A stretch of 64,000 nucleotides of DNA from positions 12,090,001 to 12,154,000 of the forward strand of contig OX597841.1 of assembly GCA_951406725.2 (NCBI GenBank). Direction: 5' to 3'. Positions 35,279 to 48,500 of this stretch are shown here, piece after piece; the first letter of the stretch is position 1, and each line of letters opens with the position of its first letter. The notes below the pieces were generated by a model. It saw only the letters and a program-made list of their open reading frames with translations. It had not been told where the DNA came from and searched no databases. Source of the DNA: Octopus vulgaris. Taxonomy: Eukaryota. The translations under genes were made by a program, and so were the position numbers.

Positions 35279-36326
35279 CTGAAGGAAGAAAAAAAAAAAA
35301 AAAGAAGACAGGTTTAAGATGAACTTATAGGGACCAACAGAGAAGACATGTATAACTATGATATAGCTGTTACGCATCCAATCAGGCAGTGTGTGCGAAG
35401 AGAGAAGTAGCAGAAGAAGTAGAGAGGCAAAACAGAGATATGGAGGCAGATTAAGAGACATGGGTAGAGAAAAAGTAGAGAGAGAGAGAGAGAGAGAGAT
35501 TGTAAATGGCTATTTACCTGGGCACTGACTGTCCTCTGGAAGGATTTCTGGTTTGAGTCCTCATTGGAAACGGGGATGGCATTAGATGGTACCCAGTAGT
35601 CAGACATCTGTGATATGTTTGGTAGTGGTGGGCATGAAAAAAGAGAAAGAGAGATTAACAGTGGCATTAACAGATATTTTACTTAGAATATCCTTATAAA
35701 TTGAATAACCACTGGTATTATACATAGCTAGTGGCTATATATATATATATAGTAGTGTTCATAGCTCATAGTATTTACACCAATGGTGTAGTGATATATA
35801 TATATAGATATACAAACACACACACACACACATATCTAAACTGTATGAGTCAGAACTCCATGTTGTTTGTTCCTTCTAGAGCCATAAGGGCTGGTTTCCT
35901 GGTTTCATTGGCGTATAAGCTTCTGGATGGGAAGCCGGTCCATCACTAGATGCAGGAGGAAAGAGAGAAAGCTGTGGCAGCAAAAGTTTGCTATTACCTT
36001 CTGCCAGAGCCATGTGTAGCTTAGGTGTTTCGCACGTAAACATATACATTGCCTGATCTGAAATTTGAACCAGCAATCCTTCAACCTCGAGTCCACTGTT
36101 CTGACCACTAGGCCATGTGCCTCCAGAGAACTCCAGTTGTTATTTTTACACTTGGATAGGCATTCACATAAAACACTTTCTTAGAAAGCTTTTGTTGGAT
36201 TAAACATCCTCAACAAATAGCCTTTGCTCGTGTATGTGTATATATATATATAAATATACACAAATATACACCTTTATATATTCATACACTTATATACACA
36301 TAAATACATACATGTTCACACTTATA

Positions 36327-36368
<42 letters not shown>

Positions 36369-37249
36369 GTAGTACTGAGAAAATGTTTTTGAATTAAAAC
36401 TTTCCCAGGCTATTTGTTGAGGAAAGTGTTTTATGTGAATGCTTATCCAAGTGTAAAAATAACAACCATTAACAACTTTCACTTTGCATTCAGACAAAGA
36501 AACATGTACGATGAATAAATTTTGTGAGTTTTGGGATTTCCAAACATATACACTCACACATCCATTTATATACATCCTCGTACACACATTCATTCTTCTA
36601 ACAAAACAAACCAATGGATGGTGCTGAGTTGTCGAACATTTAAACCAGTATGTTAGACTAAGAGAAGCAAGATTACCTTTTTCTCCAGCCAATTAACAGC
36701 CCATTGCCATTTTGTAGAGGTTTTCATTAACTGATCTTTGGCCAAACCACATCGGTTGCACAATTGCACAAGGAACTTGATACACTGGTAGGAACGGGAA
36801 CTGTCAGACAGGTGGAAACTGCGGATGGTACCTGATGAGATAGAGAGAGATAATAACCATTAGATGCAAGAGTGACTTTGGGCACAAGATACATATTCCA
36901 TAGCTATACAGTATATACACACACATTATAGAGCCATATTGTATATACATATGCATTATTTTTCTTTTTTTACTTGTTTCAGTTATTACATGTTGATGGA
37001 TTGGATTTTATTAGTTGTCTATTGATAAAATCCAATCCATCAACATGTAACTATTTCTATTGAACTCTTACCCTGATGAGATTCTACCCAGTATTATTCA
37101 AAATGCTATTTTATTCTAATCTTTGAATTTATTCCAATCTTTGAATTTGCAATTATATATCGGACTGAATTGAAATGTACATAGGCTTTATTTTGGCAGT
37201 ATGTTAATAAATTCATTTTACATCCTTACCAACTCTCCATTCTTCCTTA

Positions 37250-37304
<55 letters not shown>

Positions 37305-40300
37305 ACCCTAACACATATTGTTTCTGCATTTATAATGAGTGGGTTTTTATACTGTTTGCAGTGATAGTATCAGGAGGATCACATGCCATGTCTTTCCAAC
37401 ATGACCAAGCTGTAGCAATTTTATTAATTTCCCCAATTTGAGACTGGGCACCACCACATTTAAAGGGTTTCATTATAAATAAAGACCTACTTACTGAGTA
37501 ATCCTTCAAACTTCTTCCCGTTCTCGTTCATATGTCCATCAATGACCACCCACTTCAGTCGTTTTAATTGTAATGGATCTTCCAGGAGCTGACAACAACA
37601 GAAAATATTTATTAAATGCAAAAACTTTTTACCTCAAATATGGACTTTCTATTAGTAATAATAATAATCCTTTCTATTATAGGTACAAGGGCCTGAAATT
37701 TGAGGGGGGGGGGGGCATCGAGTATATCGACACTAGTACTTGACTGGTATTTAATAATAATAATAATAATAATAATTATTATTATTATTTCTAAAAAAAT
37801 TGCCATCAGGGCAAAAGATGAAGGAAACAATCAAAGACAAAAATAAAAATATCAGGATTTAGAAAATGAAATCAAATCGAGGTGGAGGAGTATAAAAAAA
37901 GATGAAATACAATTGCAGATGATATAGAAGTAATGAAAGATGATGGAGAAGGAGGAGTACCTTGATCTGGGGCCAATAAAGGAACCTCATTGATCCTACA
38001 TCAAGACTGCTCTCTCAAAATGTTATTCTTTGATTCACAGACCCTTCCATTGGTGCCATTTTCACCACTCCTCCTTCATTTGTTTTTCAAGTGGCCCCGA
38101 AAAATTTCAATGAAGGCCTCAACCAAAGAGGAAAGTCTTTGTCTTCATCCCTTTCAACCTCATCCACTTCACAACCTCTTTTGATAGGAAGGCAGTCAGG
38201 CAATCATTAAAGTGGACCTGGCTTATAACCAGATCTGTCCCAAATATGACAGCAGCTGTTCAACATATCTCCATGAGTCAGTAAAGCCAGAACACTGAAC
38301 GAGTGAATGCAGAACGGTTTCATTGTTCTGCACCCATCTCAGATAGACCCATTTAATGCCACTTGTGTACCTGTAGAGTTTATCCCAATCTGCTAGCATC
38401 CATTTGTAGTATAACCAGGTCTAAGACTTCTGGAAGATATCCATGGAAGTCCCCAATCTAAAAGAATTCCATAACAGACTGGTTAGTTTGCTTCCGTCAC
38501 TTTTTTTCCAACCACTAAACCCCTAACAGATTGCTAAAGTGGAACATCCACTGAACCCGTTGCCTGACTGGTGGAGGGTGGTGAGCACCTACCCATACTC
38601 TAGATGCCAGGTGTCCAATCCTAGTCTTTGCTTCACCCTGGGCTGCAGCTCTGCCAGAAAATCAGGTTTCACAAATAGTGACCACACCTGTCCACCATGA
38701 AAGAATCTTAGTAGTTGGAGAAGTCTCAGCATGTGTCTACATGTTAGTAACCAGGGCATACCTAACCTACAACACAAAGGGGACTGGCAGAAGATGGAGC
38801 GTGTGACCAATGGAATGTGTCCCTTCGACAAGAAGTCGAATAGAAGATGTTTCAAATTGATCAGCTGGTAACTGGAATATGGCACAAAGGTCAAGTGGTA
38901 AACAATAATGGAGGCATCTGCCTGACCTTTTACGGAGAGTTTCCTCCAAAGTTCATTTCTAAGAAAGGCCGGTTTGTTATATCATCCCAGTTCTAATCTA
39001 TCACAAAGCAAGGACAGAACCAGAGCAGTTTAATTGTTGTTATTGACTTTCTGCAAAGACTCACATCTTTCAAGAGCTGAGGCAAGCTGTCCATTACTGT
39101 CTCCAGCCTATCACTTGCCCTGAACAGTCAATGTCTGTCAATAACAATCAAACAACAATAATAAAAATAATGGATAGAAATTTTGGCACAAGTTTAGAAA
39201 GTTTGTGAGAGAGGGCAGGTCAATTATGTTGACCTCAGCGCTTAGATGGAACTTACTTTATTGACCCCAAAAGGATGAAAGGCAATTTGAACTCAGAACA
39301 TAGACGGACAAAAGGCTGCTGAGCATTTTACCTGGCATGCAAACAATTCTGCCAGCTTGCCACCTCAGTAGTAGTAGGCACCCATGCCGATTGCACATAA
39401 GCTCCTTTTGAGTGTTGGGCCTCACAGAGGCAATGACAAATGACCAAGACCTTCACAACATGCCGTGCTTGAGAAAACTCATCAAGCCAAACGAAATCAT
39501 AGTTACTCTTTAGTCTTTTACTTGTTTCAGTCATTTGACTGTGGCCATGCTGGAGCACCGCCTTTAGTCGAGCAAATCAACCCCGGGACTTATTCTTTGT
39601 AAGCCCAGTACTTATTCTATCGGTCTCTTTTGCCGAACCGCTAAGTGACGGGGACGTAAACACACCAGCATCGGTTGTCAAGCAATGCTAGGGGGACAAA
39701 CACAGACACACAAACATATACATATATACATATACATATATACGACAGGCTTCTTTGAGTTTCCGTCTACCAAATCCACTTACAAGGCTTTGGTTGGCCC
39801 GAGGCTATAGCAGAAGACACTTGCCCAAGATGCCATGCAGTGGGACTGAACCCGGAACCATGTGGTTGGTTAGCAAGCTACTTACCACACAGCCACTTCT
39901 GCGCCTATGTAGTTGTGGCAGATACCGGCGTCATCCAACTGGCACCTGAGCCAACGGCACATAAAAGCATCCATTATACTCTCGGAGGGGTTGGCATTAA
40001 GAAAGGCATCCAGCCATAGAAAGCTATGCCAAATCAGACTGGAGTCTGGTGCAGCCTTCCAGCTTGCCAGCCCTGGTCAAACCATCCCACCCCTGCCAGC
40101 ATGGACAATGGACGTTAAATGATGATGACAAATAACAACAACAGTAGTAGTAGTAGTTTCTGATTCCGTCAAGTGACAAGTGGTGGTGATGGTGATAATG
40201 AAGGGGTGGCAGGGGTAGATGTAGTAAATTTATAAAAAAACTATTTTGAGCAAAATCTTACCAGAATCTCCATGAGTAAGGAAAATATGTTCCGCACTTC

Positions 40301-42500
40301 GTTACAGGGAGCTGTTTGGTACTGGACCTATGGGATACACACAGACAGACATTTAGTGGTGGTGGTGACAAAAAGTGTGTAGTGAGAAAAGAAATATGAA
40401 GAGGAGGTGGTTTGTCCTTACCATCAGGCACTCGAGGACTGTCATACTGAAAGTGCTGTTACAGAAGCTACAGGCCAACAGCATATCGGTGACGGAGTCT
40501 AGATTTGAACTGACTTCACGTACGGCATACACCACCTTGGCAGAATGAAAGAGAATAATTAGGAGTATGATACCATTGACATAGCTGTGATATGTTGAGA
40601 ATGACACAGTGGTATGGAAGACATACAAAATAATGTAGAATTTGGTGGTTAGGTATAATGGTATGGTAGAGGGATTAAATAATACTATGATGATTAGGAC
40701 AATATGATGGTATGACAGAAATTTTGCAGTGGTATAGCAATGGTATAACAGTGGGATGGCAGTAGAATAACAGTACTCACCTCGTTGATGTAACGGTAGG
40801 ATCCTGCACCAAAGACGAAGTAAAACATGTCATCAGACATTTTAAGGTACAACTGTGGAGAAACAGTTTGTGGGGTGTAGACTTTGAAGGGATCAGGTTC
40901 TGTGAAAGAGATATTAGAGGATAATTATAGCAGCAACATGGCCATCATCGTTACAACAGTGTATCTACCAATATACAACAATATGAATCTGGGGTATATA
41001 CAGCCATATCATCGTGTGTGTGTGTATAATAGGAGTAAAGGCATAGCTGAACGGTTGATAAGTTCACATGACAACCACCAGTCGCTGAGTTCAATCTGAG
41101 CCCATAACCTTGGATCAACATAACAAACCCTGTAAGTGAAATTAAGCAGAAAGAAACTGTGTAGAATTTCATCTACAAGTAGAAGTCCTCACTTATCACA
41201 TACACACTTGAGAATTAGATTGAAGGTCCACTTGAGGAATAGACAACCACATGCTAATTCAAGGACTAAGTCTTCCAGTTGTTCTAACAATGAGAAGCTT
41301 CTACATCAGAACTGTACATTGGATACAACAAAGATTAAATAACACAATGGTGTCACCTACCATCAGTTCTGTAGCTGGAGACATCACAGTTCAAGATTAA
41401 AGTAGCAAGGGTCGTCTGCAGGTGTCCAAAATCTCGGGCTTGAATTGGTATCCATCGACGAGATGATAATTCCTAAAGAAAACAGAGCAATTAGTTGGAT
41501 GGAAGGTTAGCAGCTGACCAGATGACCAGTAATAGCTTGATAACTGTGGAGATAAGAGCCCTTAAACAGGTCAATGATTTACACACTCAGGTGTGACAAT
41601 AACAGAGACATTTACAAGGTACTGCTACACAGTACAGAAGATTGTGTGTGAGTATGTGTGTGTGTGTGTGTGTGTGCTGTCAGATAAATTTGTCCATTTT
41701 TTACCAATGTTATTTGAATTAAAATATTTTTATTAGTGCTTTATGGTATTTTGTAGCCCTATTCTTTTTCTAGAACTTTTGTTATTCATTTTTGCAATTT
41801 GGATAAATTTTACATCTTTCCAGCTTTGACCCCCTGCTTTTCTTCAGTGATAACTGAGGTTCCAAAACTGTCAAAACCACTCAAGACATTTGTGCTGTGT
41901 ATGAAGAAAATGTTGTTACTGAAGGAACGACACAGAAATGATTTTGACGCTCCAAGGAGAGGAAATTCTACTTCACAGACTCTTTGCATCTTAGTCAATG
42001 TGATCAGTTCAATAAGGATTGATTGAACAAGCTCATCCCTGAGAATCCATGCCAATCTACCATGGAATTGATCCAGCAGATGGGATGCTCTCATAATCTT
42101 CACTTGATGGGCAACATCCGAAAGCTAAGTGAACAAAGGAGACAAACTCCAATTCTCTTCTATCACACACCCATCTTACTAATTTAACCACAAACACTAT
42201 TCAATAGCTCCGTTAAAAGTTCTACCACGCCCACCCACCCGCCATAGTCTGCTGACTGAGCACTTTCAAATTAGCACATCTTTTTTGTTGCTCTTCAACA
42301 GTCTGCAACGATAGTGTCAAGTTGAAAACATTGTTTGCTGTATTCTTTGAGACAAGACCCAATAATTTCTACCCTGGTAGAACAAGAAGTCATGAACAAT
42401 AAAGGAGAAGATATTATTGACTGTGTTTTATTAAGTTGTTGATGAAAAATAAATGGAAAAAAAAAAAAAAATTTATCTGACAACTTTCTCTCTCTCTTTC

Positions 42501-42569
<69 letters not shown>

Positions 42570-45500
42570 TAGCTGAGTCTCTCGTCCTCACTGGGTAATT
42601 TTCACAATAGAATGCAGACTTTTGGAGTAGCAAACTCATATAAGTTGGATTTTCTCCATTTTGATGATGATTTTTCAAATTCTTTCTTCTCCCCACTTGC
42701 ATGTTGGGCGGGAATTGGGTATCTTCACTGGGGTACACGGTGGCCATGGTAATGGCACCAGAAATGATGAGGGAACTAGACTACTGGAATTCTGTGATGC
42801 ATGTAACCTTTTAATCTGCAACACTAACTTCAGGAAGCCTGACTGCCACCTTATAGCCTATCAGTCAGGAGACTCCACTAGCCAAATAGACTCCATCCTC
42901 ACCAGACAGCGGGATGCAGGGTTGCTCTTAAATACAAAGACCCTCCCGGGTAAAGAATGTACCCCTCAGCATAGGCTAATCATTAGTGACTTTAGGCTTG
43001 AGGCCAGAAGGATTCCAAGAAACATACCAATCCAGAAAAGAAGGATTTGGAAGCTAAAGAACCCTTCACATGGTCAGAGATTTAGGGACATACTCATCAA
43101 GAAATTTGATGAGAGGGAGGAGGAGCTACAGACGTCGGACATAGAAGGTAGCTGGAAATTCCTACGGGACAGCTTGCTGAGTGCCACAGACCAAGTCTGT
43201 GGATGGTGCAAAGTCCCTTCCAGACCTAGAGTTACGTGGTGGTGGAATAGTACAGTAGACAAAGCCATTAGTGCAAAGAAACAGGCATGGAAAGCCTGGA
43301 GGGATGGGGGTAGCAGGGAACTGTACCAGGTAGCCAAAAGGGAGGCTGGGCGGCAGATATACATAGCCAAAGATGTAGCAGAAAAGAAGAAGTTTGCCAA
43401 TGTCCAGCGAAGTGAGGACCAAAGAACTGAGGTATTTCGGATTGCTAGACAGTGTGTGAGAGAAAATAGTGATATTACAGGAGAGAAATGTGTCCGCATG
43501 GATGATGGTTCACTTGCTTTCAATGTTTCTGAAAAGAAAGAGGCTTAGAGAAGCCATTATGAAAGACTGCTGAATGTGGAGAATGAATGGGAGGAGGAGA
43601 GCCTGCCAAATGTTGACCCAGTAGAGGGACCAGCTATCCGAACAGAGAGCTCCCTTGTAGTTAAGGCAATTAAGGACATGAAACCAGGTAAAGCTCCCGG
43701 CCCATCAGGAATCACTGCTGAGATGCTTAAAACAGCTGGTTGTGTGGGCTATGGCCTAGTCACCCGCATTGTAAACCAAATAGTTCATAATGGAGTCACA
43801 CCCAATGACTGGCGTAGCAGCATCATAGTCAACTGCTACAAGGGTAAAGGTGATGCTCTAGATAGAAATAACTACAGGGGTATTAAACTGTTGGACCAGG
43901 TGATGAAGGTCACAGAGAGGGTCATAACCCATCTCATTAGGGAGAGAATTTGCTAAGATGAGATGCAGTTCGGTTTTGTGCCGGGTAGAAGCACCACTGA
44001 TGCTATATTCCTGGTTCGACAACTGCAGGAGAAGTACCTAGCTAAAGATAAACCCCTCTACATAGCTTTTGTGGACTTGGAGAAAGCCTTTGACAGGGTC
44101 CTCCGATCCCTTATCTGGTGGTCGATGCGGAAACTAGAGATTGACGAATGGCTAATAAGGGCTGTACAGGCCCTATACAGAGAGGCTGTCAGCAAGGTTA
44201 GAATTGGCAACGAATATAGTGAAGAATTCCGGGTAGAAGTAGGTGTACACCAAGGTTCAGGCCTCAGTCCCCTTTTATTCATCATAGTCCTCCAGGCAAT
44301 AACAGAGGAATTCAAAACAGGTTGCCCCTGGGAGCTCCTCTATGCTGATGACCTGGCTCTCATAGCAGAATCACTACCAGAACTAGAAAAGAAATTTTGG
44401 GTGTCAAAGCAAGGGTTAGAATCAAAGGGCCTTAGAGTAAATGTAGCAAAGACCAAAGTTATAGTAAGCAGAAAGGCGAACCCAGCACACACCCCCTCGG
44501 GCAGGTGGCCCTGCTCGATCTGTAGGAAAGGTGTAAGTAGAAACTCCATAAGATGCATCCAATGTAAGCTATGGATGAATAAGAGGTGCAGCAACATCAA
44601 AGAGAAATTAACTGATAAGATAGCTTTCATGTGTGGCAGATACACAGGGACAATAGACACCACAGATACTCAGAAAACAGATTCCATCACACTCCAGGGG
44701 GAGAAACTAGAAGTAGTTGATAGTTTCTGCTACCTGGGTGACCAAGTTAGTAGTGGAGGTGGATGCTTAGAGAGTGTCACCACTAGAATACGAATAGCCT
44801 GGGCAAAGTTTAGAAAGCTCCTACCCCTACTGGCAACAAAGGGTCTCTCGCTCAGAGTGAAAGGTAGATTGTATGATGCATGTGTGCGAACTGCCATGCT
44901 TCACGGTAGTGAAACATGGGCTGTGACTGCAGAGGACATGCGTAGACTTGAAATAAATGAAGCTAGCATGATCCGCTGGATGTGTAATGTCAGTGTGCAC
45001 GCACGACAGAGGGTAAGCACCCTGAGAGAAATACTAGACATAAGAAGCATCAGATGTGGTGTGCAAGAGCGACGCTTACGATGGTATGGTCATGTACTGC
45101 GGATGGATGAGGAGAGATGTGTGAAGAAGTGCTGCTCCCAAACAGTTGAAGGTATCAGGGGGAGAGGTAGACCCAGGAAGACATGAGGAGGTAGTCAAGC
45201 ATGACCTCAGAGTGTTGGGCCTCACAGAGGCAATAATGAAGGACCAAGATCTCTGGAGATATGCTGTGACTGCAAAGATCCAGGCTGCTTCCTGTACCAG
45301 TTCTGCCCATTCAAAGTACCTTGGATTTCAGAACATCCCGCTGTGCTTGAGGAGACCTATTGAGTCAAGTACATGAACATCAAAATAAATATCAATGGAA
45401 ATAGTAGTTGTGATACCTGTGCCAGTGGCACATAAAAAGCACCATCTGAACGTGGCCAATGCCAGCGCCGTCTTGACTGGCTTCCGTACCGGCGGCACGT

Positions 45501-48500
45501 TAAAAGCACCAACTAATCGTGGCCGCTGCCAGACTCCCCTGGCACGTAAAAAGTACTCACTACACTCGCAGAGTGGTTGGCGTTAGGAAGGGCATCCAGC
45601 TGTAGAAACAATGCCAGATCAGACTGGAGCCTGGTGCAGCCTCCTGGCTTCCCAGACCTCGGTCGGACCGTCCAACCCGTGCTAGCGTGGAAAACAGATG
45701 TTAAACGATGATGACTATTTAAAGACAACTTATTCTTGAGACAGATTCTGAAAATGAAATTCATTTTTCTTGAGGATAAAATATTTCAGAACCTTTCTGG
45801 GCTTAACATACATACATAAACACATACACTTGCATTTATATATGTATGTGAATGCACACACACACACATTTACACCTAGCTACTATCAGCATGCACATAA
45901 ATCAAACATTGGTGAAGTATTATGCATGTATCTTTCAAGGTACATATTTCAGTATACTACATATATCTATCAGTCAGGATGTATATAGCAGGGTATGTAT
46001 TTCAGTGTATGTATGTATGTATATCCAGCAGCCAAGAGTCTATTAAATATATCATGGGAAGAGATGCATATGAAAGGTTATTAAAAGTGGAGATTACATG
46101 GGAAAAAGTGGATCTTGAAACATAAACCCAACAGAGGGACCAACCATCCTAGTAAACAGCAGTGTAAAAGGCTATTAAAGATATGAAGATAAACCCCTGA
46201 TCCATCAGGAATCACAATTGAGATGCTTAAAATATACTGAAGGGTGGACTATGACCTCGTCTCCTGTTAATCAGGTTGTATAGCAAAGTGTCATACCTAA
46301 TGACTGGTGTAGCAGCCTTATAGTCAACTGGTGCAAAGATAAAAGAGATGCTTTAGATCGCAGGTGTCAAACTCAAGGCCCGACACATAACTATATCCAG
46401 CCCACAAGAGAATTTTAGGCAAATATTTTTTAATGGCCCATCGATATGAAGTGCAAACTCCAAATCGCCCAATATAGCAGCCTTGTCGAATGAAAGGCAG
46501 CTTGAGAGCAATCCTGTGTTGATCAGAACAAGTTAAAAGGAATGTTGTGTGGTGTGTGGATGTTTGTCATTGCATAACCTAGCAACATCCTGTTGTTTGT
46601 TTTGGATTGGCACATAAGTGATGAAAGTAGTATAATACCCAGATATTGCATTACTCCTTCCTGCTTATGTCATATCAATCAAGTGTCTATCGGTGGATGC
46701 ACAGTCTTACTTTTAAATCAAAGCTAGCCATTAAAATGGCCAAGAGAAAAGTTGATTCTGAAAACAGAGCTTTTCAAAGCCACTGGGAAGATCAATATGT
46801 TTACTGATATTGGCGGTAAACCTGTGTGTCTAATTTATGGAGATAATGTGGCTGTGATCAAGGAATATAATCTAAGATGGCACTGCAAGACTAATCATCA
46901 AGACAAATTGTAAAACATGAATGCAGAAGAATTGAAGTGGAATCACAGTAGATGTTTTTCACCAAAGCAAAATCACGGAAGTGAAGCTGCTGTGAAAGCA
47001 AGTTTTATTGTAGCAGAGGAGATTGCCAAATCAGCCTGACAATTTACTGAAGAACTGCATGATGAAAGTGTGTGATGTCTTGTGTCCAGACAAAAAGCAG
47101 ATGTTTGCAAATGTAAGCCTTAGCAGAAATACAATTGCTGATCAAGTTTGTGAGATGGCCACTGATGTGAAAAAACAGCTGATCGCAATGTATCCTCTCT
47201 TGCTGTCAATGAAAGTAATAATACAATTGACATTGCACAGCTCACCATCTTCATCCATGGAGTAGACTCCAGTTTAAATGTTACAGAAGAATTATTGGAC
47301 ATGAAATCCATGCATAGGACGACAGGAAAAGACATTTTTGACAACATATGCCGAAGTGTAACTGACATGAACCTGCCTTGTGGCAAACTTGTTGGAATTA
47401 CAGCAAATGGAGCACCGGCGACATGCGGCAGAAGTAGTGAACTATTAGGACAGATGCAGTTAAAGATGCAGGAAGACTGCACTGGTGAGTTGATAGTGTA
47501 TTATTGCATCATACACCAAGGATCACTGTGTGGTAAAGTCCTCAACATGTAATGAGCACTGCAACACAAAGCATCAACTTTATCAGAGCCAAAGGTTTAA
47601 ATCTCTGCCAATTTCAGTGTTTTTTGCAGGAAATAGATTCAGAGTTTGGTGACATGTTTTATCATACAGAGGTGTGGTGGCTAAGTTGGGGAAAAGTTCT
47701 TGGCAGAGTTTTACAGCTGACTGAGGAAATCTGTCAGTTCATGGACAGCAAAGGAAAAGACTCCACCGTTTTGTGGGATGAAGAGTGGAAACGTGGGTTG
47801 GCATTTCTATTTGACATAACTACCCATCTCAACATCTTGAACCTGCAGCTCCAGGGATGGAACCACTTGACCATTGATATGCATGAATCATTGAAGGCAT
47901 TTCAAGTGAGGCTGCGCTTATGAGAGACACAAAAGCACCCATGCAACTTGTTTCACTTTCCTTGTTGCAAAGCAATGTTGAACCAAGTCAGTGCAATGGT
48001 GTTCCCAAACGCACACTTTGCTGAGAAACTGAGTTCACTTTACAATGAGTTCGCACAACATTTTACTGACTTTGAAGTACAGAAAAGTAATTTCAAGCTG
48101 TTTTACAGCCCATTTGCTATCAATGTGGAAACTGCACCTGTCCATTTGCAGATGGAGCCCATACAGCTGCAGTATAATGGGACACAAAAGGCATAGTACA
48201 ACTGCTTTGTCTCCATGCATCTCATAGCTGTGTGAGCAGCTGTTCTCTGTGATAAAAATTAACAAAACATCACACAGGAGTCATCTCACTGATGAACACT
48301 GCAGTCCATCCTGAGAATCTCCATAACACAGACCCTTATTCCAAACATGCTGCTCTGACAAATTGGAATAAGAGCAAAAATTGGTATGCCTTGATTTGCT
48401 ATTATTTCAACTTTTGTCTGTTTTAATTCATTTCAATGTTTAAAGAAGGTTTAGTTTTCCACTGCTTAATGAATATTTATCCAGTTCAGCCCACAATCTT

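Noticed and set aside
39830-39905. tRNA gene (also 16070-16135 and 36050-36120)
   Set aside because: A/B boxes are present but there is no complete cloverleaf; these continue into SINE or pLTR bodies
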